From positions 4,877 through 28,876 of the forward strand of contig CAYGPX010000001.1 in assembly GCA_964351935.1 (NCBI GenBank): 24,000 nt of DNA, written 5' to 3'. Origin of the DNA: an uncultured Rickettsiales bacterium (lineage in GTDB: Bacteria; Pseudomonadota; Alphaproteobacteria; Rickettsiales; CAYGPX01). The position numbers and the translations under genes are program-made. Shown here piece after piece: positions 7,802 to 15,400 of this stretch. Each line of letters starts with the position of its first letter. Position 1 is the stretch's first letter. Below the pieces are notes generated by a model. It did no database searches and was not told the DNA's origin. It was given only the letters and a program-made list of their open reading frames with translations.

Positions 7802-8386
7802 TTAGGCGGCATCTTTATCAACAGTCGCTTCTTGTAAATTAATGGTCTTATCACCCTTATTCCAATTACATGGGCATAGCTCATCCGTTTGGAGTGCATC
7901 TAGCACACGCAATACTTCTTTAGGGTTACGACCAACGTTTAGATCGTTCACCATCACAAAACGGATGACACCCTCTGGATCAACAATAAACGTAGCTCGT
8001 TGTGCTACCCCTTCATTTTTGTCGAGAATACCCAGTGCCGTCGTTAATTCGCGCTTCACATCCGCCAACAACGGGAATGGAAGATCTGTAAGTTCCGGCT
8101 GATGTTTGCGCCATGCCCAGTGTACAAACTCGCTATCCGTACTACCACCTAGCAATTGCGTATCGCGGTCTTTAAATTCCTCAACCAAATCACCAAATGC
8201 CGCAATCTCAGTTGGGCATACAAAGGTGAAATCTTTGGGGTAGCACAATACTACCAACCCCGTCCCTACAAACGCTCTTTCCTTCACATCGATAAATACA
8301 TTATCAATATTCACATCTTTTAAAGGCTTATCCGACGTTGCTTTAACGTTAAACGCGGGGAATTTATTACCAACACCAAGTGTCAT
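7802..8386 (-). CDS. ahpC: Peroxiredoxin AhpC (2-Cys, AhpD-coupled type)
   Basis: Peroxidatic Cys motif DFTFVCPTE and resolving Cys region ELCPCNW. I chose the ATG at 8386 (MTLGVGNKFPAF..., 194 aa) with SD ataAGGAGactaaacATG. The 240-aa track ORF has an implausible N-terminal extension. Confidence 0.92.
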   Translation of the reverse strand: MTLGVGNKFPAFNVKATSDKPLKDVNIDNVFIDVKERAFVGTGLVVLCYPKDFTFVCPTEIAAFGDLVEEFKDRDTQLLGGSTDSEFVHWAWRKHQPELTDLPFPLLADVKRELTTALGILDKNEGVAQRATFIVDPEGVIRFVMVNDLNVGRNPKEVLRVLDALQTDELCPCNWNKGDKTINLQEATVDKDAA

Positions 8387-8439
8387 GTTTAGTCTCCTTA
8401 TGGTTTTAGAATTAGTGGTTATTAGGTTCTTGTAGTAAA

Positions 8440-8616
8440 TTAAATAGGCACGGCAGAGGGAGCATCTTTTTCTACTAATGTATGCTCTTTCGCTGCTTTT
8501 TCTTGCAAAATAAACTGCTTGCACCCATAGTCAGCGTCACTTAAAACAGCATGAGATGTTTTTGCCTCCTCAAGTTTTAGAAAACAAAACAAGTCATAGT
8601 CATCTAATCTTTCCAT
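8440..8616 (-). CDS. Speculative small ORF (58 aa, acidic, 2 Cys) upstream of and co-oriented with ahpC
   Basis: ATG at 8616 preceded by taGGAGaaaaatcATG (good SD, 7-nt spacer). Product: MERLDDYDLFCFLKLEEAKTSHAVLSDADYGCKQFILQEKAAKEHTLVEKDAPSAVPI. I recognise no family. It occupies an otherwise unexplained 350-bp oxyR-ahpC spacer. Confidence 0.3.
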   Translation of the reverse strand: MERLDDYDLFCFLKLEEAKTSHAVLSDADYGCKQFILQEKAAKEHTLVEKDAPSAVPI

Positions 8617-8641
8617 GATTTTTCTCCTACTTATCTTCACT

Positions 8642-8678
8642 ATCTATGATAATCATACTATCGATAGCTAAGACCTAT
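8642..8678. promoter_or_regulatory. Candidate OxyR operator in the oxyR / ahpC divergent region
   Basis: ATAG-N7-CTAT exact at 8664-8678. Extended leftwards the site reads ATct-N7-tcAT-N7-ATAG-N7-CTAT, 12/16 to the OxyR tetramer consensus ATAG-N7-CTAT-N7-ATAG-N7-CTAT. It lies about 60 bp upstream of the oxyR ATG. Confidence 0.4.
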
Positions 8679-8736
8679 GTACAATCGATTGTTTATATGC
8701 TAACAATAGGTTTAATGAATAAAGGAGAGTAAAACC

Positions 8737-9609
8737 ATGAACCTGCGCGATTTACATTATCTGGTAGCGGTTGCTGATTTAAAAAATTTTAGTCAAGCTG
8801 CCGAGCATTGCAATATCAGCCAGCCCACCTTAAGCAATCAAATAAAGAAACTGGAAGAAACTCTCGACATCACTGTTTTTGAGCGCACCAATAAACGCGT
8901 GATGCTTACCCCTATTGGTGAACAAATTGTTGCTTCAGCTAGGCGTATCTTGCGTGAAGAAGAGAATATCAAAAGCCTAGCCGAACTAGCGCACGATCCC
9001 TTCTCTGGCACATTCAAGCTTGGCGCTTTCCCTACACTTTCTACATATATTTTTCCTAAAATTGTGCCTTTGGTGAAAGAACATTTTCCTAAATTGAAAC
9101 TGATTTTGATTGAAGAAAAAACCGATCAACTTATCCAGAAATTGCGCGATGGTGTGCTGGATGCGGCATTATTAGCCTTGCCGCTTGAAGATGATTATTT
9201 CATCAGTAAAGCGTTGTTTGTAGATGAATTTCTTTTAGCCGTGCCAAGCGAACACGTCCTTGCAACACACACAAAAATAGATCAGCATGATTTGACGCAT
9301 CATAAGCTATTACTACTCGAAGAAGGACATTGCCTGCGCGATCAGGCGCTGGACGTTTGCCGCTTAAGTGGCCTTGAAGAAGAAACAGATTTTAGAGCCA
9401 CAGGGCTTGAAACCCTTCGTCAAATGGTAAAAGCCGGTACGGGCATTACATTCATGCCTAATATTGCGATAAAAGATGGGGAAAAAGGCATTGCATACAT
9501 TCCTTTTGCTTCACCTGCTCCTAGCCGTACCATAGGGCTTGTATGGAGAAAAACAAGTGCACGGAATATACTCATGCAAGCGCTAGAGAATCTTATAAAA
9601 TCTGAATAA
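8737..9609 (+). CDS. oxyR: LysR-family hydrogen peroxide-sensing regulator OxyR
   Basis: N-terminal HTH (FSQAAEHCNISQPTLSNQIKKLE). The redox-active Cys pair is in the canonical context LLEEGHCLRDQALDVC. It is divergent from ahpC. SD aaaGGAGagtaaaaccATG. Confidence 0.88.
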   Translation: MNLRDLHYLVAVADLKNFSQAAEHCNISQPTLSNQIKKLEETLDITVFERTNKRVMLTPIGEQIVASARRILREEENIKSLAELAHDPFSGTFKLGAFPTLSTYIFPKIVPLVKEHFPKLKLILIEEKTDQLIQKLRDGVLDAALLALPLEDDYFISKALFVDEFLLAVPSEHVLATHTKIDQHDLTHHKLLLLEEGHCLRDQALDVCRLSGLEEETDFRATGLETLRQMVKAGTGITFMPNIAIKDGEKGIAYIPFASPAPSRTIGLVWRKTSARNILMQALENLIKSE

Positions 9610-9742
9610 ATTATTTCCTGTTTTACTTGAAACTACAGGCTAAAACACTATATACTATTAGGTGAGTAATTTTGTCAGGTTTTACTGGCAAGCATTACTT
9701 ATAGTGTGAACGTGATAGTGTATAATCAGGAGATAAAAGACC

Positions 9743-10447
9743 ATGCGTAACAGAGATGTTTTCTCAAATGCCAAAGTTGTTGGCGCTGAATATGATGAAG
9801 GTATGCGAAGCTATATGCTTGGCATCTATAATTATATGGGCAGCGCATTAGCACTGACAGGAATTGTTGCCTTTATAGTGGCAAATACTCCTGCATTGGC
9901 ACAAGCTATTTTTGGCACACCACTAGCGTGGGTAGTGATGCTAGCGCCACTTGGTGTCGTATTTTATCTATCAGCGCGTATGAACAGTATGTCGCTGGGT
10001 AAGGCGCAAGCTTGGTTCTGGGCTTTTGCAGGGCTAATGGGGCTTTCACTTGCTTCTATTTTCCTTATGTATACAGGTGAGAGTGTTGCACGGGTGTTTT
10101 TCATCACGGCGGGTGCTTTCGCAGGCATGAGCCTTTATGGCTACACCACTAAGAAAGATCTTACCGGCATGGGCAGCTTCTTGATGATGGGCTTAATCGG
10201 CATCATCATTGCTTCAGTGGTAAATATCTTTATTGGAAGCTCGTCACTGCAATTCGGTATTTCTGTGATTGGTGTATTAGTATTTACCGGCCTTACCGCT
10301 TACGATACACAACGCTTGAAAAACAGCTACTACACCATGCCTGAAAGCATGAGAGGCCATGCATCCATTATGGGAGCGTTACAGCTTTACCTCGATTTCA
10401 TTAACCTGTTTATCATGTTAATGCACCTATTGGGTAATCGCCGATAG
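9743..10447 (+). CDS. Bax inhibitor-1 / YccA-YbhL family (TMBIM) 7-TM membrane protein
   Basis: N-terminal MRSYMLGIYNYMGSALALTG, seven hydrophobic segments, and the C-terminal motif GALQLYLDFINLFIMLMHLLG typical of the BI-1 family. SD aggag is upstream. Confidence 0.85.
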   Translation: MRNRDVFSNAKVVGAEYDEGMRSYMLGIYNYMGSALALTGIVAFIVANTPALAQAIFGTPLAWVVMLAPLGVVFYLSARMNSMSLGKAQAWFWAFAGLMGLSLASIFLMYTGESVARVFFITAGAFAGMSLYGYTTKKDLTGMGSFLMMGLIGIIIASVVNIFIGSSSLQFGISVIGVLVFTGLTAYDTQRLKNSYYTMPESMRGHASIMGALQLYLDFINLFIMLMHLLGNRR

Positions 10448-10473
10448 GATATATGGTAGCAAAAATATATAAA

Positions 10474-10503
10474 GGGCGGAGAGTAACTCTCCGCCCTTTT
10501 CTT
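10474..10503. terminator. Rho-independent terminator after the BI-1 gene; possibly bidirectional
   Basis: Stem gggcggagag / ctctccgccc (10 bp, 3-nt loop), then TTTTCTT. The A/T-rich run aaaaatatataaa upstream would supply a U-rich tail on the minus strand. Confidence 0.85.
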
Positions 10504-10659
10504 ATGGTTTTGCCTAAAAACAGTGAGTTTCGCAATTATCATTTCTCTGTTTGTCTGTTTTGCTCAACTATAGCAGGAAGAACTTACGTGGAATGAATAG
10601 CAAGGGATTGATCGTCGCTGCTGCCAGCTAAATCACTCTAGAAATAACACCTCTATGAA

Positions 10660-12765
10660 CTAGCGCGCACTACTAGGATAGTCATATTCAATGAAGCTGT
10701 TTCGCTCTTTAACTGGTGTTTCACTCTCCAGATCAACACCACCAAAGATTCTATCCCAAAAAGACTCAGATTCGGCACCGTTCTCAGCCGCCCTATCCAC
10801 TGCTTCTGCAGTAACTGGCAGTCGTTTTACGGTTTTTCCTTCAAGTGCTGCGCTCATGTAGGACTTCCAAGTTCTAGCGGGTGCTCCACCACCTGTTACC
10901 AAATGCATCGGCGCATTGTCATCATTACCAAACCAAATCCCTGTGATTATTTCAGGTGTGTAACCAATAAACCATGCATCACGATATTGCTGGCTTGTTC
11001 CCGTTTTACCACCCATATCTCTTTCAATCGCCGCATTTTTGCCTGTACCTTCACGTACCGTATACATGAAAATACGATTCATCTCAGCAACGGTAGAGGG
11101 TTTTAAAAGCGGCTCTAGCATTTGAGTGGGGGCACGTTTATAAAGCGTTAAATCGCCTGTGCGTATTTCAGTAATACCATGACTCCAAACCGGCTTTGCA
11201 TTATTTGCAAAATGTGCATAGGCATTGGTAAGCTCTAGCAGAGATACTTCCGATGTGCCCAATGCACTGGAAAGGTTAGGTTCAATCTCTGAAGTAATCC
11301 CAAGCTTTTTGGCAGTAGCAATTACACTTCTTATGCCTACATCATAGGCCAGTTTAATGGCCGCCGTATTAATCGATTTAGCAAAAGCTTGCTCTAGGGT
11401 AATTTCGCCCAAATATTCTTTTTTATAATTCTCAGGCGACCAGCCCGAAAACTCTATCGGCTCATCTACAATGATATCATCTGGCGTAAAGCCATATTCA
11501 AATGCCGTGGCAAAAATAAAAGGTTTAAAGGCAGAGCCTGGTTGACGCATAGCCTGCGTCACTCGATTATATTGGCTTTTTGCATAAGACTCACCACCCA
11601 CCATTGCCAGCACCGCTCCTTCATTACTAAGGCTAAGCAGCGCTCCTTGCGTCATGTCATGGGAATCACCTTCGCGTATAATCCGCTCTTTAATGGCACT
11701 TTCTGCCAGCACCTGCTTGGCCACGTCGAGCGTTGTATACACCACCAAATCTTGCTCTACACTTCCAACATAATCAGGAAGCTGCTCCATAATCCAATCG
11801 GTGAAATAGGGTGCAATACGGTTCTTTTTAGCATCAAATGCTACAATAGTTGGCATTTTATAGGGCTGTTTAGCAATCGACGTCATTGAAAGCATACCCG
11901 CATCTGCCATGCTATCCAGCACTTGAGCGGCGCGCTCTGCAGCAAGCTTAGGGTGCACTGATGGCGCATAACGTGAAGGGGCTTTGATAAGGCCGGCAAG
12001 CATCGCTGATTCGTAAATAGTTACTTGCGAAATATGCTTACCAAAATAATATTGAGCGGCCGCATCCATACCATAATTACCCGCACCTAAATAAATTCGA
12101 TTCAGGTACATGGAAAGAATTTCTTCTTTGCTAAAGTTTGCCTCAAGTTGCAATGCCAGAAGTGCTTCTTGCACTTTTCGCTTAAAGGTACGCTCATGCG
12201 TTAAGAAGGATACTTTTGCCAATTGCTGCGTGATGGTACTTCCACCCTGCTTAACACGCCCATGCACCAGGTTTACCACCATGGCTCGTGCAACACCGAG
12301 GGGATCAAGCCCAAAATGCGAGAAGAAACGTCGATCTTCTGTTGCCACCACTGCATTCACCAAATGCTTTGGCAATATATCAAATGGTACTGGCTCTCCG
12401 AATGGATCACCATAGCTGGTAAGTTCTGTCCCATCTGCTGCAATAATTGTGATGGTGGGTTTGCGCGCCTTTGTAAGCGCATCCATGCTTGGTAAATCAA
12501 AAGATGCAACAATCAGCGCCGCAATAACAACAACCAAGCCCCATGCCGCTGCAAGTGCACCCCACTTCCATATGGTTTTCCACAATGAAATCCGGGCTTT
12601 TTGTTTACTGCTTCTTGGCTTCCTTTTGGAAGATTTTGCACGTGATGTAGCTTTTCCCATAGGAATGGTTGCACCAAATTGGTTTTTATCATAAAAGATA
12701 CGACTAGAACTAAATGCAAAAGTCGTAACATCATCTGTTATACGCATAACATCTACTTTTTTCAA
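10660..12765 (-). CDS. mrcA: Penicillin-binding protein 1A family (bifunctional transglycosylase/transpeptidase)
   Basis: GT51 motifs EDRRFFSHFGLD, GGSTITQQLAK and RKVQEALLALQLE. Transpeptidase motifs SAFKP (SxxK), SIN (SxN) and KTGTS. The start is uncertain: TTG 12765 (weak SD aaagg), ATG 12747 or ATG 12660 (MGKATSRAKSS..., just before the TM anchor). Confidence 0.9.
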   Translation of the reverse strand: MKKVDVMRITDDVTTFAFSSSRIFYDKNQFGATIPMGKATSRAKSSKRKPRSSKQKARISLWKTIWKWGALAAAWGLVVVIAALIVASFDLPSMDALTKARKPTITIIAADGTELTSYGDPFGEPVPFDILPKHLVNAVVATEDRRFFSHFGLDPLGVARAMVVNLVHGRVKQGGSTITQQLAKVSFLTHERTFKRKVQEALLALQLEANFSKEEILSMYLNRIYLGAGNYGMDAAAQYYFGKHISQVTIYESAMLAGLIKAPSRYAPSVHPKLAAERAAQVLDSMADAGMLSMTSIAKQPYKMPTIVAFDAKKNRIAPYFTDWIMEQLPDYVGSVEQDLVVYTTLDVAKQVLAESAIKERIIREGDSHDMTQGALLSLSNEGAVLAMVGGESYAKSQYNRVTQAMRQPGSAFKPFIFATAFEYGFTPDDIIVDEPIEFSGWSPENYKKEYLGEITLEQAFAKSINTAAIKLAYDVGIRSVIATAKKLGITSEIEPNLSSALGTSEVSLLELTNAYAHFANNAKPVWSHGITEIRTGDLTLYKRAPTQMLEPLLKPSTVAEMNRIFMYTVREGTGKNAAIERDMGGKTGTSQQYRDAWFIGYTPEIITGIWFGNDDNAPMHLVTGGGAPARTWKSYMSAALEGKTVKRLPVTAEAVDRAAENGAESESFWDRIFGGVDLESETPVKERNSFIEYDYPSSAR

Positions 12766-12779
12766 AGGATACCTTTACG

Positions 12780-13103
12780 ATGGAAACCTCAGAATTTATT
12801 ACCTTTGTAGATAAGCAGCTTGATACGCTAGCTGAAATGATTGAAAATGCTGACACTGACTATGTTTTAGAGGATCTAGAATATCAGGATGGTGTATTGA
12901 ATATTGAATTAGACGATGGCAGACAGTTTGTTATCAACCGTCACACTCCAAGCCGCCAAATCTGGCTTTCTTCTCCACTAAGCGGCGCAGGACACTTTTC
13001 GTTTCAAGAGAACGGCCGCTGGATTGATAGCAAAGATCGTGACTTATTTGCTGTATTAAAAGAGGAGCTGAAAGAAGTAGCCAACCTTAAGCTACCGCTG
13101 TAG
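12780..13103 (+). CDS. cyaY: Iron-sulfur cluster assembly protein CyaY (bacterial frataxin)
   Basis: 107 aa. The N-terminus METSEFITFVDKQL parallels E. coli CyaY MNDSEFHRLADQL. It has an acidic ridge, INRHTPSRQIWLSSPLSG and GRWIDSKD. Confidence 0.88.
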   Translation: METSEFITFVDKQLDTLAEMIENADTDYVLEDLEYQDGVLNIELDDGRQFVINRHTPSRQIWLSSPLSGAGHFSFQENGRWIDSKDRDLFAVLKEELKEVANLKLPL

Positions 13104-13109
13104 TTAAAA

Positions 13110-14894
13110 ATGGAACACTCGAGAAAAATAAATAAATTGGCCGGAAAAAAAGGGGATATAAAATCCCTTAGACCACTACTTAATTACCTCAAACCCTATC
13201 GTTTAGGGTTGCTAGGTGTGGCAATTGCCCTGCTTGTAACTTCCTCTTCCATGCTTAGCATTGGCAAAGGACTTGGGTTTTTGATTGATAGCGGATTAAG
13301 TCAGGGAAATGCCGACTTACTCAATCAAGCATTATTTGTATTGCTTGGAATTGCTGCCCTGCTGGCGATTGGCACTTACTCACGTTTTTATCTTATTACT
13401 TATGTAGGAGAACGTGTCGTTGCTGATATTCGCCGTGATGTTTATGCACATATTATTCATCTTTCACCTGAATTTTTTGAATCCAACAAAACAGGCGATA
13501 TTCTTTCACGTCTGACTTCCGATACCGAACTCTTTCAAATGGTAGTAGGTAGCAGCCTTTCAATTGCTTTACGAAATACGGTAATGTTTATCGGCGGGCT
13601 TACTCTTCTTATCATCACCAGTCCCAAACTCGCAATGCTTGTGGGTGTTATTATTCCGCTTGTGGTGATACCTATTGTATTTATTGGCCGCCGCGTAAGA
13701 GCATTATCGCGTGCCTCACAAGATAAGGTGGCTGCACTTTCTTCTTGTGCAGAAGAAAGTCTAACCGGCATCAAAACCATCCAATCTTATGCGCGTGAAT
13801 CATACGAGAAAAGTGTCTTTGAGCTTCGCATACAAGATACGTTTCAAATGGCTATGAAACGCATTCGCATGCGTGCATTACTCACTGCATTGGTTATCTT
13901 CACCATTTTCTCGGCAATTATTGCCGTGCTTTGTATTGGTGGACGCGATGTGCTTACAGGCTCGATGAGTGCTGGCGACCTCACCTCTTTCATGTTTTAT
14001 GCTATCATTGTAGCTACCGCAACTGGCGCAATTAGTGAAGTGGTGGGCGATTTGCAACGTGCAGCGGGCGCTGCAGAACGATTGATAGAGTTACTTTCAA
14101 GCCGTTCAGCCATTCAGGAACCAAAATCTCCTAACAAACTCCCTAAGAAAATGACAGGCGAAATTACCTTCGAAAACATTACGTTTCACTATCCATCTCG
14201 TCCGCAGACCGCCTCACTTGAAGGATTTACACTCACTGTAAAGCCTGGAGAAACCGTCGCCATCGTAGGGCCATCAGGCGCAGGAAAAAGTACCCTCTTT
14301 CAACTACTGATGCGTTTTTATGACCCACAGAATGGTATGATTACACTCGACGGCGTACCTATCAACACATTAAAGTTGAGCGACTTACGCCAGCAATTTG
14401 CGCTAGTACCGCAAGAGCCAATGATCTTTTCTGATACCGTACTTGAAAATATTCGTTTTGCACGACCAGACGCAGAGGAGAAAGATGTAATTAAGGCTGC
14501 TGTTGCTGCAAATGCGATGGAATTTATCGAGCAGCTTCCTGAAGGGTTGAACACTTTCCTTGGTGAAAAAGGCGTTCGCATTTCCGGTGGACAGAAGCAA
14601 CGTATTGCTATCGCCCGTGCTATTTTGAAAGACCCCTGCATCTTGTTATTAGATGAGGCTACTTCAGCGCTTGATTCTGACAGTGAAAAGAAAGTGCAAG
14701 ATGCACTTGAAACACTGAGTAAAGAACGCACCACCTTGGTGATTGCACACCGACTTTCCACCATTCAGAAGGCTGATAAAATTGTTGTTCTTGATAATGC
14801 TACGTTACAAGCATTAGGGACACATGAAGAATTGATGCACCAAAAAGGCCTTTATGCTAAGCTTGCCAAATTGCAATTTCAGACAGCGGTATAA
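13110..14894 (+). CDS. ABCB-type half-transporter (6-TM domain + NBD; MsbA/Mdl1/Atm1-like exporter)
   Basis: N-terminal 6-TM exporter domain, Walker A GPSGAGKST, signature ISGGQKQRIAIARA, Walker B LLLDEATSALD, H-loop AHRLST. It starts 6 nt after cyaY. Confidence 0.9.
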   Translation: MEHSRKINKLAGKKGDIKSLRPLLNYLKPYRLGLLGVAIALLVTSSSMLSIGKGLGFLIDSGLSQGNADLLNQALFVLLGIAALLAIGTYSRFYLITYVGERVVADIRRDVYAHIIHLSPEFFESNKTGDILSRLTSDTELFQMVVGSSLSIALRNTVMFIGGLTLLIITSPKLAMLVGVIIPLVVIPIVFIGRRVRALSRASQDKVAALSSCAEESLTGIKTIQSYARESYEKSVFELRIQDTFQMAMKRIRMRALLTALVIFTIFSAIIAVLCIGGRDVLTGSMSAGDLTSFMFYAIIVATATGAISEVVGDLQRAAGAAERLIELLSSRSAIQEPKSPNKLPKKMTGEITFENITFHYPSRPQTASLEGFTLTVKPGETVAIVGPSGAGKSTLFQLLMRFYDPQNGMITLDGVPINTLKLSDLRQQFALVPQEPMIFSDTVLENIRFARPDAEEKDVIKAAVAANAMEFIEQLPEGLNTFLGEKGVRISGGQKQRIAIARAILKDPCILLLDEATSALDSDSEKKVQDALETLSKERTTLVIAHRLSTIQKADKIVVLDNATLQALGTHEELMHQKGLYAKLAKLQFQTAV

Positions 14895-14902
14895 TTTTTG
14901 GC

Positions 14903-14930
14903 TTTACAAGCGGCGTATTACCCGTTAAAT
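14903..14930 (+). promoter_or_regulatory. Candidate sigma70-type promoter for fdxA (TTTACA-N16-TTAAAT)
   Basis: Hexamers read directly from the sequence in the 84-bp spacer before fdxA. There is no experimental support. Confidence 0.3.
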
Positions 14931-14978
14931 CAACCTAAAGATAGAAAAAGCCCAGCTTAAGAAAGAGGTAATTACCCT

Positions 14979-15314
14979 ATGGCTTATGTAGTAACCGACG
15001 CTTGCGTAAAATGTAAATACACCGACTGTGTCGAAGTGTGTCCGGTAGATTGTTTTTACGAAGGTGAAAACATGCTGGTTATCAACCCTGATGAATGTAT
15101 TGACTGCGGTGTATGTGAACCAGAATGCCCTGCTGAAGCTATTCAGGCTGAATCTGAAGATAATGTGAAATGGTTAGAAGTTGGGCGCGAGTACGCTGAA
15201 CAGTGGCCTAACATCACCCAGAAGAAAGAAGCGATGGAAAATGCAGACGAAATGCGTGATGAAATCGATAAGTTCGATAAATTTTTCAGCCCAAATCCGG
15301 GTGAAGGCGATTAA
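14979..15314 (+). CDS. fdxA: 7Fe ferredoxin ([3Fe-4S][4Fe-4S], Azotobacter FdxA type)
   Basis: Cys pattern [14 protein letters not shown] plus [12 protein letters not shown], with the N-terminus [28 protein letters not shown] characteristic of this family. Confidence 0.9.
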   Translation: MAYVVTDACVKCKYTDCVEVCPVDCFYEGENMLVINPDECIDCGVCEPECPAEAIQAESEDNVKWLEVGREYAEQWPNITQKKEAMENADEMRDEIDKFDKFFSPNPGEGD

Positions 15315-15341
15315 GCCATTACTATCGCACTAAGAGAATGC

Positions 15342-15374
15342 AAAAAGGTAGGCAATAAATTGCCTACCTTTTTT
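15342..15374. terminator. Bidirectional rho-independent terminator between convergent fdxA and the PfkB-family gene
   Basis: AAAAA, stem ggtaggca, loop ataaat, stem tgcctacc, TTTTTT. The A-run on one side and the T-run on the other allow termination on both strands. Confidence 0.85.
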
Positions 15375-15400
15375 ATATTCACTATTATACTTATCACGCT

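Noticed and set aside
7460-8102. Plus-strand ORFs (125 aa, 86 aa) and a 76-aa minus-strand ORF across the ahpD/DUF2061/ahpC region
   Set aside because: They are antisense to, or out of frame with, strongly supported genes, and they have no motifs.
8387-8524. N-terminal extension of ahpC (240-aa version)
   Set aside because: The extension (MQAVYFARKSSERAYISRKRCSL...) is not peroxiredoxin-like. The ATG at 8386 has an AGGAG SD and gives the canonical AhpC N-terminus.
10504-10659. Possible sRNA, SRP-RNA-like element or 30-aa ORF in the 156-bp spacer before the PBP1A stop
   Set aside because: There is no conserved SRP domain IV motif, no stable extended structure, and no SD or promoter that I can support. 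I treat it as plain intergenic sequence.
10903-12734. Several 67-115-aa ORFs on both strands inside the PBP1A gene
   Set aside because: They are shadow ORFs of a gene with complete GT51 and transpeptidase motif sets.
13535-14764. Minus-strand ORFs of 81, 148 and 65 aa inside the ABC exporter gene
   Set aside because: They are antisense to the conserved NBD and TMD. This is a well-known artefact class.
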